A DNA stretch of 64,000 nucleotides, taken from NCBI GenBank assembly GCA_020510985.1, contig CM035843.1, positions 157,251,922-157,315,921 on the forward strand, written 5' to 3'. Source of the stretch: Pholidichthys leucotaenia. Taxonomy: Eukaryota. Positions 55,901 to 64,000 of the stretch are shown here, one piece after another. The notes beneath the pieces were generated by a model. It did not search any database. It was given only the letters and a program-made list of their open reading frames with translations, and was not told the DNA's origin. The translations under genes were made by a program, and so were the position numbers. The stretch's first letter is position 1, and every line of letters starts with the position of its first letter.

Positions 55901-56493
55901 GAGCCCAATGTCTCTCAGCGAACCACTTCCACTCCTTCCGATCCGCTGCACTTCGAGCATTGTGGTCCTTCACTGCTCGGTAATCGCTTTTCAGCTTTTT
56001 CAGCTTCTCCCGACACTGTTTGGCAGTACGGATGTGCCCTTGGGAACCCATTTGCTCGGACACCTGCATTTCAAGTAGATCCGTCCAACTCGCGCCGGAT
56101 GTGATCGTCGCCTAATATAGAAAGAAAATTGCGCACCTCCTAATATATAATATTAGGAGTATATTATTATATAAATATACAGTATATTAATATAATATAC
56201 CGTATTAAAGGGGCCCACTGTGTTCACTGGCTGAACAATTACAAACGGCAGTCGTGGAGTAAATTCAGCAGAAAAAGTCGCTTTCGTGACGTTACGACCT
56301 TACCAATCAGTGGCGACCAGTCTCTTAAAGTCATATCACAGCCATACTCAGCCCTACTCAGCTCGGTTAGACCCTGCCCTGGATCAGGTACGAAAAAAGT
56401 ACCTGCTAACCTGTGCTGGGGCTGATGGAAAAGCGCCTAAAGCGGGCTGAGTGGTGCGGTGTAGGGCTAAGTGAGGCTAGTGGAAAAGGGCCT
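52909..56493. mobile_element. PIF/Harbinger DNA transposon (~3.6 kb), decayed or non-autonomous: 17-18-bp TIRs 'AGGCGCTTTTCCACTAGCC…GGCTAGTGGAAAAGGGCCT' flanked by TAA target-site duplications
   Basis: TAA at 52906-52908 and 56494-56496. Harbinger transposase C-terminal signature '…SMVLTCCALHNLCESHGETFD' at about 53100-53322 (+). Myb/SANT-like partner ORF 'HIRTAKQCREKLKKLKSDYRAVKDHNARSAADRKEWKWFAE' at 55854-56069 (-). Confidence 0.65.
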
Positions 56494-57299
56494 TAACTCT
56501 CATCCCCATGTGTGAGCTAGCTCACCCAGATGAGATCTGTTGGTCACATGACAAACAGCATTGAGTTTTTTGCATGGTGGAATTTACAAGTACCCCTACT
56601 TTCCTAGGTGATATTTACCTACTCTAAAAGAATTCATATTGAGGGAAAACATGCACAAACATTTATGACAACAAGCAATGCAGATAGAGTCAAATGTAGC
56701 TCTTATTTCATCTCTTCAGCTGCTCTTGGATAGATGCAGCCATAAACCGAAGATCTGAGTCTTTCTTCTTCTGCTCCTCTTCTGACATCTGTGTGTAAAG
56801 TCTGTGTTGTTGGGGGGGGGGGGCACCCAGAAGCTGTGTGGCTCCTGTGGGGGCGATAAAACTTGGAGCGGGGTTAAAACAGTCTTATAAGTTCATAAAT
56901 GAAGCAACAGAGTTCATGAGAGGGAATTGCAGAGTTCTGTCTGGCTTGAGTGTGCTACAATTGTAATTTGCGACTTTTTGAAATTTTAAATTGGCATCTT
57001 TATCATATTTTTGCACTTTTTATTCTTGCAAATTTACGTCTAATTTACATTTATCCATTTGTACCTCATGCTAAATTTGTGAATACTGACCACCCCTTTT
57101 TTTGAAAGATAACAAATGACCCACTGCTGATGCTCATGACACGCTCCATCTGTGCACGTGTGTGTGGTCCAGGTAAGAAGGCCCATGGTGACATCTTGAG
57201 GCTCGTGGCCACTCTTCTGGTTCTGCAGCTCATGAGGTTGATGGAGTTGGAAGAAGGCAAACTGCTCCGAAGTCTCTTCAGCCTGGAGGAGGCCCCTCT

Positions 57300-58420
57300 T
57301 CCCAGGTTTGCAACTTTTTCCAAAATATTTGCAAATTTTCCCTAAATTTGTGATTATTTTTTTTTTCCACAGTCAAATTGTACTTGAACAAAAATAGCAT
57401 TACCTTTACAGTTTGCTAAATTTTTCCAATAAAATTTCAGTGTTTTTCTGGTAAATGTACAATGTTTTTTCTGGTAAATTTGCAACTTTCGCATAGATTT
57501 GCAATTTTTTTCTTGTAAATTTTCAGTGTTTTTCCTCATAAATTTGCAAATTTTCCTCAAAAATTTGCATATTTTTTCATAAATTTGCAACTTCGTTTTG
57601 CATAAATTTGTGCATTTTTTCCTCAAATTTTCAACTTTTTTCTCTTAAATTTGCAATTTTTTCCACATAAATTTGACTTTTTCCTGTAAATTTTCAACAT
57701 TTTGCCATTTTCATCGATTTGCAACATCTCTCCTAAATTTGCAAAAATGTTCCCAAAATTTGCAAATTTTCTCAATCTGCAGCTTTTTCCCCAATCTTAT
57801 ATAGCTGCAGTTGTCTCATAATGTTGTATTTTTTTAATAAATTTGCAACTTTCCCCAAGTCTTACAAATTTATGCATTTTTCTCATTTACATAGATTTGC
57901 AACATTTTCCCCTAAATTTGTAAATTTTCTGAAAATCTGCCACTTCCTTTTCAATCTCGTAAATTTGTAACTTTTTTCTGATAAGTTTACAAATTTATCT
58001 CAAATTTGTAACTTTTTTCCAGTCTCGCAACTTTGAAAATTTTTCCTAAACATAAAACTTTCCCCCAATCCCTAAAATTGTAACTTTTTTCCAATAAATT
58101 TGTAAATTGTCCCTAATTTTGCAGCTTTTTTCCCTGTGTCTTAAAATTGAGACTTTTTCTAATCTTGTAAATTTTACAACTTTTTCCAAAATATCTGTAA
58201 ATGTTATTTAAATTTGTGACTTTTGTCCCAGCCTCGTTGTTTTGCTAATTTTTAATGAATTCCCAACTTTTCCCCAATCTTGTAAATTTGCAACATGTTC
58301 CTATAAAGTTCCAAATTTTCTCAAAATCTGCAACTTCTGTTTCGTTCTTGTAGATTTGTAACTTTTTTCTGGTAAATATGCAACTTTTTGTTAAATTTGT
58401 GACTTTCCCTCAGTCTCTTA
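57300..58420 (-). repeat. ~22-bp satellite, ~1.1-kb array in reverse orientation, immediately upstream of the ARF-domain exon
   Basis: 'aaatttgcaactttttccaaaatatttgcaaattttccctaaatttgtga…ctcataaatttgcaaattttcctcaaaaatttgcatattttttcataaatttgcaacttcg…'. Confidence 0.9.
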
Positions 58421-58498
58421 AGCCCCACCTTTAGAAACTTCCCACCTGAGTCACAATTTCAGAGAAAGTTGTTTCTGACGGTCGAGTTTCTCTTGCAG

Positions 58499-59189
58499 AC
58501 CAAAGTTCTGGGATCAGGTGAAGAAGGCGGTGGACTGGGCTTACCGGGCCGACCGCCACTACCCCTGCATCTGCAGCCGGTTGGAGTTCGGCTTCAGCTG
58601 GGAGTCCGCCACCCGTCAGCTCCTGGGTTACGAGAAACCGCCTCCCTTCTCTCCCCTCAGCTGTCTCGATCTGCAGATCACCACAACCAGGAGAGAATTG
58701 AAGATTGTCATCCTCGGGTTGGACAACGCCGGAAAAACAAGTATCCTCTACAAGATGAAGATAGGAGAGGCGATCCCCACCATCCCCACCATCGGCTTTA
58801 ACGTGGAGACCGTGGAACACCGAGACATGGTCTTCAACCTTTGGGACGTTGGCGGTCAGAAGAAGATCAGGCCTCTGTGGCGCCACTACATCTACGACAT
58901 TCATGGTATAATGTTTGTGGTGGACAGCAGCGACAAGGTGAGACTAAACGAAGCCAGGGAGGAGCTGAACAAAGTCCTCACTGAAGACGAACTCGGAGAC
59001 ACCCCGCTGCTGGTTTACGCCAACAAACTGGATCTCCCCGACGCCATGGATGACGCAGAGATCGCAGAGAAGCTGGGCCTGCACGCCCTCCATCAGCGCC
59101 GCTGGTGTATCCAGCCCTGCAGTAGCATCACGGCGGAGGGGCTGTATGAGGGCCTGGACTGGTTCTGCTTCCAGATGATCCAGGAATGA
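58499..59189 (+). CDS. Terminal coding exon of an ARF-family small GTPase domain (P-loop GLDNAGKT, switch '[11 protein letters not shown]', 'WDVGGQ', 'ANKLDL', C-terminus '…[16 protein letters not shown]'), preceded in the same exon by a ~75-aa non-GTPase extension with no in-frame ATG (acceptor 'tttctcttgcag|AC', intron phase 2)
   Basis: Frame of ORF-track entry 58518-59189 (that start is a GTG). Strong ARF/ARL family motifs. The nearest architecture analogy is an ARF domain appended to a larger protein (TRIM23/ARD1-like), but no upstream exons were identified. Confidence 0.7.
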
Positions 59190-59299
59190 TGATCTCTTCC
59201 TCCAGGTTTTGATTTTTACAAAACTACCACACTATTAGTAAAGCCATTCCAGAGCGTTAATTTAATTATGAGTTCTGGTTTTCTGTTTGGAAAAATATT

Positions 59300-60720
59300 G
59301 TAACTTAAAATTTTAGAGAAAAGTTTTCCTTCATGAGAGTGGGAAAGAACAGCAAATTATGAGGGGGTGGAAAATGTACAAAACTGGGCAAAAAATGTTG
59401 CAAAATTTACAAAGGGGAGGAGGCTGCCGATTTAAAAGATGAGGAAAAGTCACAAATTTACAAGACAAAAAGCAGCCACGAATATATGAGATGGGAAAAA
59501 GTTTCATATTTATGAAACCAGGGTAAAATTCACAGATTTACGAGGGCAAGTTGCAAATTTACGGGGAGGGGGTTCACAAAATATGAGACTCAATGAATAG
59601 TTGCAAATTTACAAAATGAGGAAAAAGTTGTGAATTTTAAAAACTTGACAAAGTTGCAGATTTATGGAACTAAGGCAAAAGTCACAAATTCATGAATCAG
59701 GAAGTAGTTACAAATTTACAAGGCTGGGGGAAAGTTGCAAATTTACAAAATGAGGAAAAAGTGAAAAAAAATTAAGACGTGGAAAAAGTCGCAAATTTAT
59801 AAAATGAGGAAAGAGTTGCAAATTTATAAAATGGTGAAAAAGTACCAAATTTATAAAATAATAACAAATAATACATTTTATTTATGGGCACCTTTCATGA
59901 CACTCAAGGTCACCTTACAATAATAAAAAAAATAAAAATTAAATAGAAAACTGAAGAAAAAGTAGCGAATTTATAAAATGGGGAAAAGCAGCAAATTTAT
60001 AAAATAATAACAAATAATACATTTTATTTATGGGCACCTTTCATGACACTCAAGGTCACTTTACAATAACAAAAAATAAATAAAAATTAAGCTTAAATAG
60101 AAAAATGAAGAAAAAGTAGCAAATTTATAAAATGGGGGGAAAAGTCACAAATTTATGAGAAAAAAAGTCAAATTTTTTTTAAAAATGTGAAATTGTCACA
60201 AATTTACAAGACAGAAGTCACAATTTTACAAGATGAGGAAAAGGCTGCAAATTTAATAAACTAGGCCAAAAGTTACAAATTTATGAATCAGGAAGTATTT
60301 ATAAATTTACGACGGTAGGGAAGAGTTGCAAATTTGCGAGACTACGAAGAAAAGTTGCAAGTTTACAAAATGAAGAAAAAATTGAAAATATGAAGGTGAA
60401 GTCGCAAATTTATGAAACTTCAAATTCTCAAATTTACAAAACAGGAAAATGTTGCAAATTTTTGAAACGGCATGGAAAGTTGCAAGTTTATAAGAAGAAG
60501 TCACAAAGTTGAATTTAACTGTTGATTTTAATAAAGGTAAATTGCAATTTACCAAAAGAGCCCTGCAAATTTAGGGGAAAATTTCCACAAATTCGTGGGG
60601 AAAAAAATTACATTTTGATGATAAAAGCAAAAAAATTTACAAAAAAAGAAATCGCATTTAAATGGAAAAAAACTGACCCGAATCTACATGACAAAAGTTG
60701 TAATTTTCCAAAAGATTTAA
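59300..60720 (+). repeat. ~22-bp satellite, ~1.4-kb array in forward orientation, containing a 2 x ~135-bp higher-order duplicate (59855-59990 and 59990-60125)
   Basis: 'agttgcaaatttacaaaatgaggaaaaagttgtgaattttaaaaacttgacaaagttgcagatttatggaactaaggcaaaagtcacaaattcatgaatc…'. Confidence 0.9.
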
Positions 60721-61017
60721 ATTTAGGTAAAATGTTTACATTTACAAACAGTTTCTGGTGCCTTATGCAGCATACATCACGCTGAATAAAATAATTAAAA
60801 CTAGAAAAGCACTCGGAGAGCGCAGACCTCTGCCAAGCGGCACAGTTCCCCCCTTACAGTGTTTGTGTGTACGTTTTCAGATTCCCTGAGCATGAAAAGA
60901 TATGACTAGCAATTGGATTCACAATGATTATTTGTTTATTTGACATGGACAGTGCAATAAACAGACAATTAATGAATGACAATCAATGTGATAGTGATAG
61001 GATTAGTGGTTCAGTAG

Positions 61018-61248
61018 TGTAAAACGGGGCTATAAGGGACGGCGGGTTGATAAGGGACACTTTTCTGGGAAATGTTTTAAATGTAATTGTGCTTTTTTTA
61101 TTTTGAGCAGGACGCTGAGTTGTGTTTTTATTGTCAAATATCCATGAATCCTTCATCAAATGTAGGCGGAAGCAAATTAAAAAAGCAGAATTACATTTAG
61201 AAAAGTGTCCCATATTACCCCGCCGTCCCTTATAGCCCCGTTTTACGG
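61018..61248. mobile_element. MITE-like element (~230 bp) with about 55-60-bp terminal inverted repeats 'GTAAAACGGGGCTATAAGGGACGGCGGG…GGGACACTTTTC'
   Basis: Left arm 61018-61075; right arm 61190-61248 is its reverse complement, with a variable 6-bp block. Confidence 0.6.
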
Positions 61249-61379
61249 TAGTAAAAGCATTGCCTCCTTGGCGGAGGTAATAAACTGAAGTGTTGGTGTG
61301 TGCATCTCCTCCACTGACGGATGCAGATTGGTTAGACAGGTTGCCGTGGGTTTTATATTATATTGGGGTTGCGCTCGGC

Positions 61380-61760
61380 GGCAAAACAGAATTTAGAATT
61401 TTCCCCGGCAGAGAGGTCGTTTTTACGCAGCGCCTATAGCTGGGCGGGGAATTTGTGGCAAATAATCGGGCGGCGGACAGGTGGCCGTGTCAGGTTTTGC
61501 AGCGTCGCGGAAAAAGCGGGCACGCTGGCGGGCCCAGGCCAGCAGTGTTTTCCGCGTGCTTTTGTGCCTAAAACGTTGAAGAACGCGGAGTTTGTGTTGG
61601 TCAGACACGACAAGCAGCGCAATGTGCGCAGCGCCTATGGCTGGCGGGCCCAGGCTACCAGTGTTTTCCGCATGCTTTTGTGGCTAAAACGTTGAAGAAG
61701 GCGGAGTTTGTGTTGGTCAGACACGACGCCCAGCGCCATCCATTGCGCCTGCGCACATGT
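61380..61760 (+). repeat. About 120-bp tandem duplication (2 full plus 1 partial unit) whose unit encodes a BEL/Pao pol C-terminal fragment ('FPRAFVPKTLKNAEFVLVRHDKQR', cf. pol 'FPHVFVPKALKNAEFVFVKHDAQR' at about 19960)
   Basis: Units at about 61525-61645 and 61645-61760, with partial similarity at 61380-61520 ('cagcgcctatagctgggcgggg'). Confidence 0.6.
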
Positions 61761-61927
61761 TGGAAATGGCCATATGTCACAGTGTGGAAAAATGCTTTAA
61801 AAAATTCCTGTATGCAGATGGTGATGCGGATCATCCCCAAAATGTAATCAGTTCTTCCTTGTACCATTTCCAACAACGCCTGAAAGTTTCATGGAAATGC
61901 GTCCAAGATTTTTTGAGTTATCTTGCT

Positions 61928-61932
61928 AACCA

Positions 61933-61999
<67 letters not shown>

Positions 62000-62010
62000 A
62001 ACAGACAAAC
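61928..62010. repeat. (CAGA)n microsatellite
   Basis: 'cagacagacagacagacagacagacagacagacagacagacagacagacagacagacaaacaaacagacaaac'. Confidence 0.95.
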
Positions 62011-62109
62011 CCCGGCAAAAACATAACCTCCTCCTGGCCTTTTCGGCCTGGCGGAGGTAACAAAAGGAAACCATTACATTTGAAATGCTGGATGCTAGGT
62101 GTCTACTAA

Positions 62110-62345
62110 TGGAACAAACGTTCCATTAGTATGGGCTGCACGGTGGCGCAGTGGTTAGCACTGTGGCAGCACAGTTTTACCCTCGGCCGGGGGATCGCGG
62201 GGACCGTGAGATCGTGGGTTCGATCCCTGCCCCCGGCCAACAGTGATCTGTGTGGAGTTTGCATGTTCTCCCCATGTTTACGTGGGTTTACTCCGGGATT
62301 TCTCCGGTTTCCTCCCACATGCCAAAAACATGCAGGTTAGGGAGT
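62110..62345 (+). mobile_element. tRNA-derived SINE, 5' head plus body (A box 'tggcgcagtggttagcactg', B box 'ggttcgatccc')
   Basis: Pol III boxes visible. The body continues as '…gtggagtttgcatgttctccccatgtttacgtgggtttactccgggatttctccggtttcctcccacatgccaaaaacatgcaggtta'. The same family appears at 1960-2170, 11640-11820, 36395-36750 and 55290-55360. Confidence 0.75.
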
Positions 62346-64000
62346 TAAGGGGCGCTTGCGCACGCAGCGACCGGCAGCTGGTGGCTTGTCACCAGACTGC
62401 AAAACAAATCTACCTACGGGTACAAAATAAGTAATAAAAATATATATATATATATATTGTTCATTCCGTGTTTTAGTAATCGCCGGATGGCTATGCCATT
62501 AGCCCACTATGGCTGCATTCAGACTGCAGGAAAAAGTTCCCCAATTCCAATTTTTTTTGTTCTAAATCTTTTTTGTTGTTGTTGGGTTTTTTTTAATGAT
62601 GGACTGAACAGCAGAAAATGGCACGAAATCTTGACTTTTTCCACCTCAGACCTGGTCCACATTCATATGTGGTCCCAAATCAGATCCAGATCCTGGGTCT
62701 GAACAGCCCTGTCATGGTTCATCCGAATTTTACATCAGTCTTGCGCCACAGTCTTATTAAAAGAAATATTTTTTCATAATGGATGGATGGATAAATCTGA
62801 GACTCGAGAACTTCTTGTGCCTAAACTGTTATTCTCTGAAGATCTCTCATGACCTACACAAACAGTCCACAGATGTTGCCTTATACTTCCCCCATACTTC
62901 TCCGTCTGGTTCTCATCAACTCTGTAAAGTTCAGCCATAAAGTCATAAATTTCTGACTTGTTTCATGTCATTTTTATTGCTTTTTTCTTTTAAATGTTCC
63001 ACTGTTTTTCCTCATAGATATGCCAGTGATTTCTCATAATTTTACTGCCTTTTTGTCATAAATTTCTGACTTTCATGTAATTTTGCCACTTTTCTCATGA
63101 ATTTTTGCCTCAAGAATTTGCATCTTTATTTCTCATATTACTACTTTTTCCTCAAAAGTTTGCCACTTTTTTCAAAAATTAGCTGTTTTTCATCTAAATT
63201 GGCAAGTTTTTTCCACATAAATTGTTGCAGGTTTTTTTTTTTTTTTTTTTTTTAATTTCACGAAGTCACTTGGGGGGCCATGGTTAGTTCTCACTGATTT
63301 CTGATACAGAACAGCCACAAAAGCATAATTGTATCTGAGCAATTAAACCAAGTTCAGTCCTGCTGTCTGAATGTAGCCTACAGTAAATACACAATTTATT
63401 GTTTTATATTGGGGTTAAACCAGTCCAGTTCTTATACTTTTAAAGTTCAGGTTTGGTTAGAAGGTAAATCTGATCACTTTGGTTTTCATTGCTGCTACAC
63501 AGGTGTTCTTGGCTTTAATTTTGATGCTTTTGGAAAGAAGGTCTGCAGTTTTGTTTGCCTTACCAATAGAGCTTTTGTTTTTTCCGTGTCCTCATTGGAG
63601 TGAAAAACATGCAAATGCTGAGAAGTTTCACTTTTAATGCTTGATTCTATAAAGTTGGGGATCTGTGTGTTCTTATTCCACTGAATGTATTCCACATGTG
63701 GCATATTAATCCTGAAATTGTCATTAATTAATAAACAAAATGTGCAACACCCACACTTTGAAAATAAAGGATTATAACCAGATGAAGAATGTGTTGGTAT
63801 TGGTCTCTCTCCACTAATAATTTCATCCCTGCAGTTGTACGCACCACCTGTTGGCAATCAAGCTCAGCCTTCAAATAGGAGCAGGACTCGTGTCAGACTC
63901 TCCAGCTGTCTGTGGGACCTCTTCCTCAGTGTGCAGTCTGGACTCCTGTCGCCTTCTCCCCCAACCTGCAAACACATGAGGACTGCAGTTCTTTCAACCA

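Noticed and set aside
58518-58520. ORF-track start codons for the ARF exon (58518), copy-4 exon (22385) and pol (17206)
   Set aside because: All three are GTG, an artefact of a prokaryote-style ORF caller. The real frames extend upstream to a splice acceptor or to the frameshift site.

Overview
This window is eukaryotic, almost certainly teleost-fish nuclear DNA, and is a transposon-dense, satellite-rich region. It contains no prokaryotic operons, CRISPR arrays, rRNA genes or standalone tRNA genes. Most of the 64 kb is nested mobile elements, a dispersed ~22-bp A-rich satellite, and a few possible host exons.

Mobile elements:
- Nine Tc1/mariner copies in three families, all with frameshifted transposases.
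- At least eight LINE copies or fragments. They are L2/CR1/Rex-like and include the first described one (1-1050, +) and its inverted-orientation partner (50690-52545, -), a chimeric endonuclease/RT-C-terminus copy, and one with a Tc1 nested in its 3' UTR.
- Five tRNA-derived SINE copies.
- One apparently intact BEL/Pao-type LTR retrotransposon (15718-21045). Its two LTRs are near-identical, gag and pol are uninterrupted, and a canonical -1 slippery heptamer (G GGA AAC) lies at the gag/pol overlap.
- A Harbinger element with TAA target-site duplications.
- Adjacent non-autonomous hAT and piggyBac-like (TTAA target-site duplications) elements.
- Two MITEs.

The satellite (monomer ~ 'GAGGAAAAAGTCACAAATTTAT') forms at least 14 arrays in both orientations, roughly 10% of the window.

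Candidate host sequence is sparse. There is a terminal coding exon for an ARF-family small GTPase domain (58499-59189) with no in-frame ATG, sandwiched between inverted satellite arrays. There is also a four-copy family of satellite-flanked exon-like ORFs.

The exon-like family is the most unusual thing here:
- Every copy sits between arrays of the same satellite.
- Every copy is preceded by a ~50-bp, almost invariant polypyrimidine...CTAG|AGTC acceptor-like block.
- Copies 1 and 2 encode an acidic motif 'SDEDMGFGLFDDD' that matches the conserved C-terminal tail of ribosomal stalk proteins P0/P1/P2 at 10 of 11 residues.
- Copy 4 is a 1.44-kb exon with canonical acceptor and GTGAGT donor encoding ~11-aa FxFG-type repeats (FSFGAAPQS...), nucleoporin-like.
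- Two copies lie inside a 2 x 2.72-kb near-identical tandem duplication whose unit is [Tc1 + satellite + exon + satellite].
- A ~55-bp piece of the family's coding sequence is also present in the U3 region of the BEL/Pao LTRs.

I cannot name the host gene or genes from sequence alone. All family assignments are from motif recognition and were not checked against any database.
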